This document shows positions 48,592 through 57,871 of a stretch of 64,000 bases of DNA, one piece after another. Both the position numbers and the translations under genes were made by a program. The notes under the pieces were generated by a model that saw only the letters and a program-made list of their open reading frames with translations, was not told the DNA's origin and made no database searches. Origin of the DNA: a virus. The first letter of the stretch is position 1; each line of letters opens with the position of its first letter. The DNA lies in IMG/VR virus record IMGVR_UViG_3300027708_001637; one strand, written 5' to 3'.

Positions 48592-49165
48592 ATGCAAATA
48601 AATTTTGAAAGGTTGAATTAGTCATTGCTAGTAGTTTTTCCATTTGCCCATCAGCTAGTCTAAAATCAAGCTCTGGGCGATTTTTTTTCGTTTTTTCAAA
48701 ATAACCCCAGTAGCCCTCGTATGGTGTATATTCCAGACTAGGATTATTTTTAATCAAAATTCTTGCGTGTTCATATGCTTCTTGAATCAGTTCTTGAATT
48801 TGTGGCTGATCAAAATCACATAAGTCTATAGCAATAATAACATCATTATCATTTGTTGTAAATCTTAATTGTTTTTGAATTTTTTTGAAAATTGGCGAAA
48901 GCGGATATGGAGTTGAAATAATATCTTCTGGACGCATTGCTGAAACTGTTTGTGCACTAGTTGCTGTGCCTTTTCGACATTTAACTTCCCAACCAATTTC
49001 AGGAATATCGCATCCAGCACCTCTGTTAATTGAAATGCCAATTTTATCTTCTAATAAATCTTCACAAGCTCTTCCAGAATCGCCTCCAAGATTGCTTGGC
49101 AATTGTCTGCCAAGCAAATGGTGCTTGATAATATTAAGGAGCAGTGTTTCCGTAGGCGTAATCAT
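48581..49165 (-). CDS. PD-(D/E)xK endonuclease, MutH/Sau3AI-like
   Basis: GRACEDLLEDKIG...GCDIPEIGWEVKC matches the G..E..LG...D....ELK pattern. Confidence 0.62.
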   Translation of the reverse strand: MITPTETLLLNIIKHHLLGRQLPSNLGGDSGRACEDLLEDKIGISINRGAGCDIPEIGWEVKCRKGTATSAQTVSAMRPEDIISTPYPLSPIFKKIQKQLRFTTNDNDVIIAIDLCDFDQPQIQELIQEAYEHARILIKNNPSLEYTPYEGYWGYFEKTKKNRPELDFRLADGQMEKLLAMTNSTFQNLFAYDN

Positions 49166-49692
49166 AGTGTAGTATCTTGTGTATATTGATCCCAGTAAGT
49201 ATATTTGTCCTTACTCATTAGATCGTGTAATTGATGTGTCCAAACACCAGAATTAGTTTTACCCCAAGTGAGGTCGTCTAATTTAAGTGTTGCATTATAG
49301 TTAAGTTGTCTAATATATGGAAGTTTGCAACTAATCATTGGCACAAACTTATTATATTCATTCCATCCGCCTTCTAAGACACCCTCGATGTGTTTGATAT
49401 CAAAGTCTAATGTGACCCAATAGTCTGTATTCAAACAGCCCATGATAACTTCATCCCACGGTTTGTATGAATCATAACAATTAGATTCCAAAATATGTGC
49501 TGGATTAAAACTTTGACTTGTTCCAAAGTAAATGTGTTTAATTTCAATATCTCGATTTGCTTGTTGCAAAATTTCCTCTAGCGGAGGAGTTCCTACAACA
49601 AATAAAGTTTTCATACCGTGACAAACTGTATGTTCAACTTCATAACCTGTAAAATAAACGACGTTTTGTCGTTGTTCAGTGTTTAGTCCCAT
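49162..49692 (-). CDS. Hypothetical protein in the deazaguanine cluster
   Basis: 176 aa, coupled on both sides; FTGYEVEHT, TLFVVG, IYFG, WVTLD, SGVW. Confidence 0.8.
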   Translation of the reverse strand: MGLNTEQRQNVVYFTGYEVEHTVCHGMKTLFVVGTPPLEEILQQANRDIEIKHIYFGTSQSFNPAHILESNCYDSYKPWDEVIMGCLNTDYWVTLDFDIKHIEGVLEGGWNEYNKFVPMISCKLPYIRQLNYNATLKLDDLTWGKTNSGVWTHQLHDLMSKDKYTYWDQYTQDTTL

Positions 49693-50570
49693 TTAATGTA
49701 ACCCCGGCTGTAACCGCTTGGACGATCCGCACCATCCGCAAACGCTTGTTGCCACTCTGTATTACGATTATACGCTTGAGTCCAAAAGTTGTCAACATTT
49801 AAATGACCCCTTTCTATCCAAAACTTTGCGTACTCCATACATTTGATAAACTTCTTAGTTCGTGGACTTGGCTTAATAGTAGTAACAGCTTTCCAAAGTT
49901 GTTGCTGTGCTTCTTTGTGACTAACTGCTTTGCCCACTGCATCAATAATTAATGCATTATTATTTAGGTTTATCTCTGTACCTAATTCGTATTTTCCAGA
50001 AAGATCAATTACAATATCATAACTGTCGCTAGGAGCCATTAATAGTTTGTCACCCCATAGATCTTGATTACTACTTCCGAGTACATCAATTTCAAAATTA
50101 TAACAATCTAGCTTTAGTGTGTTGTACGCTACCCACGCTAAAAACCCACTTCCGAGAATTAATAACTTACCTTTGCGTTTTGCAAGTTCTTCATCAGCTT
50201 GTTTAACTACATTAATGCCACACGCAACTGGCTCTAAAATATAACGTGGGTGATCTTCTGGAACAACTACGAACTCTTTATCACGTACATTATAACTATC
50301 AGCATAAGCAGGTTCACCACGAGTGGCAACATAATCACCTATTTTAACGTGATTAATATTTGCACCAATTGCAGTAACTTGACCGAGTCCTTCGTGTCCT
50401 TGCATATGAAGTGGTAGTGGACCAAAGTCCCCTTTCATCATATCAATGTCACTACGACAAACGCCAGTCATAACACTACGCACACAGATTTCATCATCTG
50501 CTAATGGAGGCAATGTATACTCAGTTTCTAAGAATTCGCCAGTACCTGTTGTTTGCAATACTCTATTCAT
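49683..50570 (-). CDS. Zn-dependent medium-chain dehydrogenase (MDR family)
   Basis: GVCRSD, GHEGLG, GD.V, LEPVAC, ILGSGFL. Confidence 0.88.
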   Translation of the reverse strand: MNRVLQTTGTGEFLETEYTLPPLADDEICVRSVMTGVCRSDIDMMKGDFGPLPLHMQGHEGLGQVTAIGANINHVKIGDYVATRGEPAYADSYNVRDKEFVVVPEDHPRYILEPVACGINVVKQADEELAKRKGKLLILGSGFLAWVAYNTLKLDCYNFEIDVLGSSNQDLWGDKLLMAPSDSYDIVIDLSGKYELGTEINLNNNALIIDAVGKAVSHKEAQQQLWKAVTTIKPSPRTKKFIKCMEYAKFWIERGHLNVDNFWTQAYNRNTEWQQAFADGADRPSGYSRGYIKWD

Positions 50571-51439
50571 AATGATTCAATTTGTTTGTGTATCCAAAAG
50601 TCTTGTGCAAGTTGACTAAGCCAAAACTCGTTGTTATTTAGGTTTTTAACAGCAGTCTCTACCATTTCTTTATATGCTTCTTCTGGACATAGACCTAGTT
50701 CAAATCTAACAGCACTATTTTTCATATCAAAACTAATACTGGAATCATCTACAAGATCATCTTTCCAATTTGCAGTTAAAATCCAACGAGTTTTTCCTTG
50801 CAAAAATTCAATTTTACAATAATCATCCACGTCATACACCCCTTCGGGATTAACTGTTCCGTAATCTGTACTGGTTATTTCTGACAATAAATGATTCTGA
50901 ATGGCCACTGCATCTTGTTTAGTACCAGATTTGAAGTCAGTTAGTCTACAGTAATAACTTAGCATATGTGGCAGCAAGTCTCTGCTAACACCGCCAAATG
51001 ATAATTCTTTATTGGTAAACCAACTACCTGGACTGGGAATACGATTTTTATTATTCCAACGAATTGTAACAGTATTTGATTGATCTGTCAACAGTTGAAA
51101 TTGCTTAATTGTATCTCGATATTGATTATTTTTAACCATCATAAATCGAGTGTCAGGAAAGTCCTTATGCAGTTGATACCAACTTTGACTATCCTTAACA
51201 CCTGGCTTTTCAATCAATACAATCTTACATTTATCAGCAATCGCTCTTGCAATAGATTCGTGTGTAAAATTTGGAGTACAAATTACAGCGATGTCATATT
51301 CACCTGTAACTACGCTAACATCTGTGTATGTGGCATTCTTTTCAGTATTTGCATCCACTGTATCAATATCATAACCTAGGCTAGAAAACACGGAATGGTA
51401 CAATTGTCCTATTCCCATACCAACAATTAAACTTTTCAT
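50567..51439 (-). CDS. Gfo/Idh/MocA-family oxidoreductase
   Basis: IVGMGIG Rossmann motif, ICTPNFTH, VLIEKPG, GGVSRDLLPH. Confidence 0.88.
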   Translation of the reverse strand: MKSLIVGMGIGQLYHSVFSSLGYDIDTVDANTEKNATYTDVSVVTGEYDIAVICTPNFTHESIARAIADKCKIVLIEKPGVKDSQSWYQLHKDFPDTRFMMVKNNQYRDTIKQFQLLTDQSNTVTIRWNNKNRIPSPGSWFTNKELSFGGVSRDLLPHMLSYYCRLTDFKSGTKQDAVAIQNHLLSEITSTDYGTVNPEGVYDVDDYCKIEFLQGKTRWILTANWKDDLVDDSSISFDMKNSAVRFELGLCPEEAYKEMVETAVKNLNNNEFWLSQLAQDFWIHKQIESL

Positions 51440-51870
51440 TCTTGGAATCTTTTTAAGTAAGTGTCTCTAATTGCCCGTGCATCGTGTAGGGCATTGTGTG
51501 GCACTGCTGAATCATAATCAATATGCAAATCTAATTCAAAACTAATCTTAGATTTGATATTAATCATCTGACCTGGGCCGACGATTAGTGACTCACAGAA
51601 ATATCTAATGTCATCTGGCCAGTCGGCAATAATAGTGCAGTCACCTACACTATGCAAGAAGTTTGCAAGGTCAATTTGAAACTGAGAATTTAAACAAGGG
51701 ACTGTATTCAAATGCGGAATAACATTTTCCTTCACCCAAGGGTGCAGTTGATCCTTCATTTCAATTTCTCGATAGAATTCGAGAATAGATGGATCTTCTG
51801 GAACAAGTGCTAACGATATCAATTTTCCACCAAACCCGTTAAATTCTGTATCTAAAAATAATCTTTTCAT
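51436..51870 (-). CDS. DEDDh 3'-5' exonuclease (Rv2179c-like)
   Basis: LFLDTEF, ISLALV, DWPDD, HNALHDA. Confidence 0.85.
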   Translation of the reverse strand: MKRLFLDTEFNGFGGKLISLALVPEDPSILEFYREIEMKDQLHPWVKENVIPHLNTVPCLNSQFQIDLANFLHSVGDCTIIADWPDDIRYFCESLIVGPGQMINIKSKISFELDLHIDYDSAVPHNALHDARAIRDTYLKRFQE

Positions 51871-52154
51871 TCCTCTGTTTTCTTTTTGCGTTTTGGTTTG
51901 GTTTCTATTACAGGAAGAAAACTTTCTGATTTTAGAATCGCTGCACGAACATCACGTAATAATGCTTCATCATCCCAATCTAATTTAGTAGTACCATCTG
52001 AAAATGTAGTAACAGTTAAATGACTGCCTTTTACTACTCCGCTTGGATCGAATTCAGTAATCAATTCTTCTGTACGATTTTCAATCTTAGACTTACGTTT
52101 AACTGGCAGTTTCTCAACCACTTCAGTTAGTGTTTTTGTTTTTCTAGTTGCCAT
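51867..52154 (-). CDS. Hypothetical protein
   Basis: 95 aa with basic termini, coupled. Confidence 0.7.
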   Translation of the reverse strand: MATRKTKTLTEVVEKLPVKRKSKIENRTEELITEFDPSGVVKGSHLTVTTFSDGTTKLDWDDEALLRDVRAAILKSESFLPVIETKPKRKKKTEE

Positions 52155-53722
52155 TATTCTTCTCCTAATGTATCTTCTAAATCAGTAAGTTTATCTTCAT
52201 CTAACAAGGGCATAGCGAATACATCAGATACACTTTTATCTATCACAACTTCTTCAGTATCAAATAAGTTAAAGAATGTATTACGTGCCATACCATCTTG
52301 ACTACGTGTTCCTTCTAATGCGCGAATAAATGTAATACCATCTTCAATCATTTCAAATGCTTCTGCCTTTGTTTTTGTATTGAACAGATCTTCAATGAAG
52401 TTAGCAAAATACAAAATATTACGTGGAACCCAATCGCTATATTGATCAAAACTGTTATCGCCAGATTTTACAGCACGCCAAGCACGCCAATTAATTTTAC
52501 CTTTTGACTTAGCAATTTCGATATCCATTAATTGATTAGCACGTTGTACACTTGTAATATGACTGTTAACATTATGTCCCATCATTAATGCGTAACTAAA
52601 ACTATCCCAGGAAGTTTTGCCCTCTTTACCAATCTTATTCAACATTCCTGGCTTGTACCAGCAAATGTCTCCCATTGTCAAGCGGCTTCCGAATTCAGTC
52701 GTCCACGGGAACGGAATGTCCGATCCTGAAAGTGCTTTGTTGTCTGGGGCTTTTTCCATAATAGTACTCCAACGTTTCGTTGAGTGCTGTGGGTTTGTGT
52801 AGACAAGTCCGTGTGCTGTTGCGATAAACGGTGAGGCGCAATCAAAAGAGATGGTAATTTCTTCATTAATATGTTTCCTAATTTGTCGTTGAATTAAAGT
52901 CAAATAGCAAGACCAGTCTAATTGAGCAGTGCCCAAAAAGTGCATCCAGTTCTTACCCTCCAGCATTCCGTCGTCTCTCATAGTCATAAGACGTTTGAGT
53001 GTGACATCCATCATGCTCATATTAGCGCCACCCATTGCCCACCCTTCGGCTGCTTTGTCGCCCCACACTGCGGGATCGCTAAATTCTTTAACACCTTGAT
53101 ACCACTGTTCAGCACGTTCCCAATCGCCACCTTGTAGCACATTAAGGAACTTGGTCTGACCCATACGGTTCTTTAGGAAATACTCATTGTTGAATTTTGT
53201 TTTGTCCAAACAATCTTCAAAAGTCTTTAGTCCAGTTTTAGGACTATGATTATGGTCACACGCCCACGTGGGAACGTCCAACATCATACTCCAGTCAGCG
53301 GTAACTTCCAACCACTCTAAAATACTTTTACGAACTTTGTTTGCATTAGGACCTTCAAAGTCTAACCAGTCAAATTTAAGAACACCTTTACCAATTTGGA
53401 ATCCGCCTGAGTCGCCTAGTATCAAAGTGTTATTGCGATCTCTATCTTGAATCATTGATTCTTGTGTTAGACTCTTGGTAAGATCCAATTGTGCGTGACC
53501 GGCTGAATACAACCCATACTTATAAGTAAAATACCCTTCTTCTGCATTAAGAAAATTCATACCTTCAATGCCACGATCAAATTCTGCAGGCAGTCGATCC
53601 TTAGGTACATATTCGCCTAGCCGTTGTTTAGACACATAAGTGCTATAAAAAGTACTAATAGCAGGTAAGTATACAGAATAATCTTTCTGTAATGGGGTTA
53701 AATTAACTGGTGGCTTTTTCAT
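52154..53722 (-). CDS. dpdA: TGT-fold guanine transglycosylase (DpdA-like; DNA or tRNA target not shown by the sequence)
   Basis: GDSGGFQ, MMLDVP, VLQG, WAMGG, HFLG, SFDCASP and late HN motifs; no CxCxxC zinc cluster of bacterial tRNA TGT. Confidence 0.85.
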   Translation of the reverse strand: MKKPPVNLTPLQKDYSVYLPAISTFYSTYVSKQRLGEYVPKDRLPAEFDRGIEGMNFLNAEEGYFTYKYGLYSAGHAQLDLTKSLTQESMIQDRDRNNTLILGDSGGFQIGKGVLKFDWLDFEGPNANKVRKSILEWLEVTADWSMMLDVPTWACDHNHSPKTGLKTFEDCLDKTKFNNEYFLKNRMGQTKFLNVLQGGDWERAEQWYQGVKEFSDPAVWGDKAAEGWAMGGANMSMMDVTLKRLMTMRDDGMLEGKNWMHFLGTAQLDWSCYLTLIQRQIRKHINEEITISFDCASPFIATAHGLVYTNPQHSTKRWSTIMEKAPDNKALSGSDIPFPWTTEFGSRLTMGDICWYKPGMLNKIGKEGKTSWDSFSYALMMGHNVNSHITSVQRANQLMDIEIAKSKGKINWRAWRAVKSGDNSFDQYSDWVPRNILYFANFIEDLFNTKTKAEAFEMIEDGITFIRALEGTRSQDGMARNTFFNLFDTEEVVIDKSVSDVFAMPLLDEDKLTDLEDTLGEE

Positions 53723-54456
53723 TATGCTTGTGCTGGAATAATATATTTGTAGGTAGCAATGCCACTATCCAAAGTAATTTGCATAGCACCTTCATTACTA
53801 AAACTAATTTTAGCATTGTTAGCATCTGCAATTTTTAGAATAGCCAATACTGGATTTACAGGCCAAGTCCAAGCCTTAGTCAATTTACCAGTGACGCCCG
53901 TGGAAAATACAAATTCACCTGCGTGGCTACTTTGGTCACCAAATGTAAACAACAATTTGTCACTATCAGTTTTAGCCAAGAATGTTGTATGCTCTGTATT
54001 AGCACCTGCTTGGAATTGAAAACGCTGTACAGCATTAACAGTGGGTTCAACTTCAACGTGCCAATTAACTCCGCGGAATTTAACTGTCTTAAGTTTTTCG
54101 TTAATGATATCGCTATTCATAAAACGATAATCGTTTTTAAAATCGCCGTCTTTGTTTTCAAAATGTAAACCAACTGGAACATTTGCTCCATTACGATTGG
54201 CTGTAACTAAGTCGATCTTTGCATCTTCCTGATATTCCTTGCCTTCTACCAAGTAGCGTAGTTTTTCCAACTGTGGCATACCAAATGTTCCAATTAGTTG
54301 TGGATATGGATTGGTAGTTTCCGCATACATAATAACGCTTCGGTCTTCAGCCATTGAATCAATCAATGTTTTGTCAACTTCTCCTGTAATCTTAACAATG
54401 TTAAGAAAGCCAAGTTTGTTAGTGTGTGCTACGATGTCTTTTAATAAGTCTTGCAT
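53722..54456 (-). CDS. Probable DNA polymerase sliding clamp (gp45-like)
   Basis: 244 aa, two-domain alpha/beta pattern, directly downstream of the polymerase. Confidence 0.6.
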   Translation of the reverse strand: MQDLLKDIVAHTNKLGFLNIVKITGEVDKTLIDSMAEDRSVIMYAETTNPYPQLIGTFGMPQLEKLRYLVEGKEYQEDAKIDLVTANRNGANVPVGLHFENKDGDFKNDYRFMNSDIINEKLKTVKFRGVNWHVEVEPTVNAVQRFQFQAGANTEHTTFLAKTDSDKLLFTFGDQSSHAGEFVFSTGVTGKLTKAWTWPVNPVLAILKIADANNAKISFSNEGAMQITLDSGIATYKYIIPAQA

Positions 54457-54475
54457 AAATTATTTCCTTTGTATT

Positions 54476-54504
54476 AGTATATTTAGATCTAGATGTATAG
54501 TCAA
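54476..54504 (-). promoter_or_regulatory. sigma70-type promoter TTGACT-17-TATACT
   Basis: -35 at 54499-54504 and -10 at 54476-54481. Confidence 0.78.
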
Positions 54505-54516
54505 TGATTATTTTAA

Positions 54517-57186
54517 TCAAAAACTGAATAAATTGTTGAACGTGTTACTTTGCGTTGTACTGTCAAGATCATAGTCCAACACACCAATAAGATTTTTAAT
54601 TTTATTGTTGATAATAACAGCTTCCATTTCAGCATGGTCAAATGGCAATTCTTGAAACCATTTTGGTAATCGCATTTCATCTACGGGGTATGCAATACTT
54701 GTATAACCCAATGGATTTGCCTTTACCTTACAAACAATAACTTTCATACCATCAACAATGCCCATACTGTATTTGTCACCATTCATACGTTTTAATGTAT
54801 TCCAGTTAATAGCAGCACGAACGTGTCCTGGCATATTAGCCTTGCCTGCTTTCTTTTCTTTTTCCTCGTACTCCGCAATGTTGTTAGCACGTTTTGGACT
54901 ACCCTTTTCCCACCCTGGTCTAGATTTGAACTGAGTACGGAATTCAGTAATCATTTCTAGAATCTCTTTTTCCTCGGCGTTGTTAAGCACCCTAGTTAAA
55001 ACTTCTTCTAAAAACTTTTGCATAAATTCTGGAGTATCACTGCGCTTCAAATCCAAACCCATTGCTTTGATTTTTCCAGTCTTTCCATCAATGTCACTGC
55101 GTTTGCCTTCCTTGTCATAATACAAAACTGCATAACGTTTCTTAGTAATGAACAAGCCTTTGATAGCAACAATTTCTCGACCAGCCTTAATAACTTCTCC
55201 ACGTGACTTTGGACAGTGATATGCTTCTACCATATACTGTGGAAATGTTGAATTAACATTATCGGCAATTGTATCATACAGTTGTACTACCGTATTTTTA
55301 TCCCACGGAATTTGTCCCTTATTGATTTCATTCTTTAAAGAACTGTATGCACTAAAATATGCACTATCAGTATCGCCGTATATAATACTCTTACCCACGT
55401 GATCATAATCGCCAGTTATTACCTCGTTGATTTTAGCAGCCATATGTCTTGCAATTCCACGTCCTGTGAGCGTGGTTGACTGACCAATACGATTATCGAA
55501 AAACCTACAGCCAGCGTTAAGTATAGCACCATATAGACTATTGAGATTAATCTTCTTAACCAACTGTCTTTTGTCCCAGTATTCTTCTTCAATTTTATTC
55601 TCCGCTTTAATAGCATCTTTAAGTTTGGCCTGCATTTCTTTACGTTCGCTATACCAACGCTTTAGTAATCCAGGAATAATACCTTCTGTTTCGTGCGTAA
55701 AGATTGTACCATTTGCACTTAGCATCCAAGGCTTGCCGCTATCAAATATCAAAGTATATATTTGTGCGCCACTCATAACATCAGTTTCGCCATTTTCCCA
55801 ATCGATGATAATGTCATTAGCGCGATCCATATTCATAACGAATTCGTATTCGTTACTACCAAACTTACCTTCCCACGCTTCAGCAAACTTGCCGCCATTT
55901 TTTGCCATCTTGGAATCAATTTCTTCTTGCGTATATGTTTGACGCAATTGTCCCACAATAGTTTCTGGACCCATATTGAGTGCTCGAATTACTGATGGAT
56001 ATAGGCTGTTAATGTCCATTGATCCAATCCAATCGTGAAGCCCTTTCTTGGGATATGCAACATACGCACCAGCAGCCTGTGTGTTAAGGTCTTCATCACG
56101 GGTTGGTCGACTTGGGACAATCAATCCTCTATGATGTGCTTCGATAACAATGGCCTGTTCGGTAACTGCTACCGCTCCCATAATGGTTGGCAACAATACA
56201 GTATTTTCGTGAGCCAGTGTATTTGCAATGTCGATGAATTTAAGTTTCTTATCCAACTTGTCTAGAAGTGCAGTATCCTGTCTGTTGTATTCAATAAACT
56301 TTCTAAAGTCATTGTTATACAGTTGATCCAGTGTGCCTTCGTAAACTGTTTTAGTTTCACCTAATTCATATTCCGCAATAGCATCCAATCTGTATGAGTG
56401 TCGTTCTTCATAGGTATACTTGCGGTACAACTCGAGACTGTCCAAATGAATGCGACCAATAAGGTCATAAGTAACTGCCTTCTTTCCATATTTTTCGTAC
56501 TCTCTCTTTTTTGGAAATTGATTCCACAAACACATTCTGCGTGTATCTTCTTTGCTTAGAACTTTAATGATACGATTTACTGTATAGGGAATATCATAAC
56601 CCTCACTATTCCAACCACTTAATATGTCTGCATCTTGTATGAGATCCAAAAACATATCTAACATTTCGTGTTCAGTTTCAACTAATATTGTGTTGGGGAA
56701 ATCTTTGATCTGTTCCTGTGCTTGCGCCATTGTCAGTGTCTTGGGAGGCACTGCAATACATACAAGTGTATCTAACCATTGTAGGTGAACCGCAATCGCA
56801 GTAATTGGCATGAAAGCATCTTCAGGAGTGCTATAGCCACGTTCTGGATCAAAGTCCACCTCAATGTCGAAAAACGCTACATTTAGTTTTGGAGCATCCT
56901 TGCCTAGATAGTTTTCTTCTAGACAACGGAATACTGGATTCATATCACTTTCGTATAATTTGTGACTTGAGTGAATACGTTGTTCTTTAACGATTTCTTT
57001 CCAACTACGGGCAGTAACCTTGTTTAAGTTTTCGCCGTAAATTGATTTGTACTTACCCCGTTGATCAGGATAATAGAACATATACTTTGCTGGGTACTCT
57101 TGATAAAGTCTACCCTTTTTAGGATCTCTTTCAACGACATAGATAATGTCCTTCTCACGATCCCATCGTGAATCTACATAACTCAT
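54517..57186 (-). CDS. gp43: Family B DNA polymerase (T4 gp43-like)
   Basis: Exo FFDIEVD, GWNSEGYD; pol motifs DINSLYPS, KKINLNSLYG, YGDTDS, KKRY; no intein. Confidence 0.98.
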   Translation of the reverse strand: MSYVDSRWDREKDIIYVVERDPKKGRLYQEYPAKYMFYYPDQRGKYKSIYGENLNKVTARSWKEIVKEQRIHSSHKLYESDMNPVFRCLEENYLGKDAPKLNVAFFDIEVDFDPERGYSTPEDAFMPITAIAVHLQWLDTLVCIAVPPKTLTMAQAQEQIKDFPNTILVETEHEMLDMFLDLIQDADILSGWNSEGYDIPYTVNRIIKVLSKEDTRRMCLWNQFPKKREYEKYGKKAVTYDLIGRIHLDSLELYRKYTYEERHSYRLDAIAEYELGETKTVYEGTLDQLYNNDFRKFIEYNRQDTALLDKLDKKLKFIDIANTLAHENTVLLPTIMGAVAVTEQAIVIEAHHRGLIVPSRPTRDEDLNTQAAGAYVAYPKKGLHDWIGSMDINSLYPSVIRALNMGPETIVGQLRQTYTQEEIDSKMAKNGGKFAEAWEGKFGSNEYEFVMNMDRANDIIIDWENGETDVMSGAQIYTLIFDSGKPWMLSANGTIFTHETEGIIPGLLKRWYSERKEMQAKLKDAIKAENKIEEEYWDKRQLVKKINLNSLYGAILNAGCRFFDNRIGQSTTLTGRGIARHMAAKINEVITGDYDHVGKSIIYGDTDSAYFSAYSSLKNEINKGQIPWDKNTVVQLYDTIADNVNSTFPQYMVEAYHCPKSRGEVIKAGREIVAIKGLFITKKRYAVLYYDKEGKRSDIDGKTGKIKAMGLDLKRSDTPEFMQKFLEEVLTRVLNNAEEKEILEMITEFRTQFKSRPGWEKGSPKRANNIAEYEEKEKKAGKANMPGHVRAAINWNTLKRMNGDKYSMGIVDGMKVIVCKVKANPLGYTSIAYPVDEMRLPKWFQELPFDHAEMEAVIINNKIKNLIGVLDYDLDSTTQSNTFNNLFSF

Positions 57187-57190
57187 ATTT

Positions 57191-57247
57191 TTCCTCCTTA
57201 TGTAATTTACGGCTTACACATACCAATGTGATCATTTGTGGCTGATC
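57191..57247 (-). promoter_or_regulatory. Candidate translational operator of the DNA polymerase gene
   Basis: Minus strand: GATCA-GCCACAAA-TGATC, CACAT-TGGT-ATGTG and TGTAA-GCCGTAAA-TTACA hairpins directly before AAGGAGG. Confidence 0.6.
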
Positions 57248-57256
57248 TAACCTTAT

Positions 57257-57550
57257 TCATAAATTATTTAGCATCCTAATTAGTCCAATACTGTCTATTG
57301 TAACTAGCAGAGAGGCATTAGCCAACATACCAAAAGATTTGCGGCTATAAGCAGCCCAAGCGTACATAGCACACTGGCAAATAAAAATAGGATAAAGTAT
57401 GATAAGAGGCGGATTTGGAACTGTGAGCGCCATAGCAATCGCACATCCGATACTAAGTGCCCAAGCCGTAGTTTCAATGATAAACCGAAGAGGGTATGCT
57501 CTATAGTCATCTTTAATCCATTTCAGAATATTAGTTACAATATTATTCAT
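57257..57550 (-). CDS. Small membrane protein
   Basis: Start at MNNIV (57550); three hydrophobic segments. Confidence 0.7.
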   Translation of the reverse strand: MNNIVTNILKWIKDDYRAYPLRFIIETTAWALSIGCAIAMALTVPNPPLIILYPIFICQCAMYAWAAYSRKSFGMLANASLLVTIDSIGLIRMLNNL

Positions 57551-57815
57551 CAGTACGACGATGTGAATGTCCGCTGATATCCACAATAGTCTCCAAGTCG
57601 TCAAATTCTTTCCAAACGCTGTCCCATTGATCTTTTTGTGCAATACGAATTGCTTTTTTAATCACACTGGGTTTAACTTCCAATTCTTCAGCAATGGCCT
57701 TGATTGTTTCGTTTAGACCTTCTTGTAAGTCGCTGATCTCTTGCATAACGGTCATACCTTCTGCAACAATTTGTTTAATTTTGGCCTGTTCAGGCGCTCC
57801 AAATGCTTTACTCAT
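57543..57815 (-). CDS. dsDNA-binding protein (T4 DsbA / GapR-like)
   Basis: 90 aa from MSKAF after AAGGAG; helical pattern aligns by eye with T4 DsbA (I.....L....EEL.V......AI.I..KD). Confidence 0.62.
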   Translation of the reverse strand: MSKAFGAPEQAKIKQIVAEGMTVMQEISDLQEGLNETIKAIAEELEVKPSVIKKAIRIAQKDQWDSVWKEFDDLETIVDISGHSHRRTDE

Positions 57816-57835
57816 AAAAAATCTCCTTGTCAGTA

Positions 57836-57864
57836 AGTATATACTGTACAAGGAGATAAGTCAA
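57836..57864 (-). promoter_or_regulatory. sigma70-type promoter TTGACT-17-TATACT
   Basis: -35 at 57859-57864 and -10 at 57836-57841; drives the DsbA-polymerase unit. Confidence 0.78.
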
Positions 57865-57871
57865 AAGTATT

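Noticed and set aside
35663-57186. Introns or inteins in thyA and the DNA polymerase
   Set aside because: Both ORFs are continuous, of normal length, with catalytic motifs in normal spacing and no intein C/HN signatures.
57756-57767. VAEG peptide in the DsbA-like gene as an eighth repeat
   Set aside because: Different codons (GTT GCA GAA GGT); a chance peptide match, useful only as a control.
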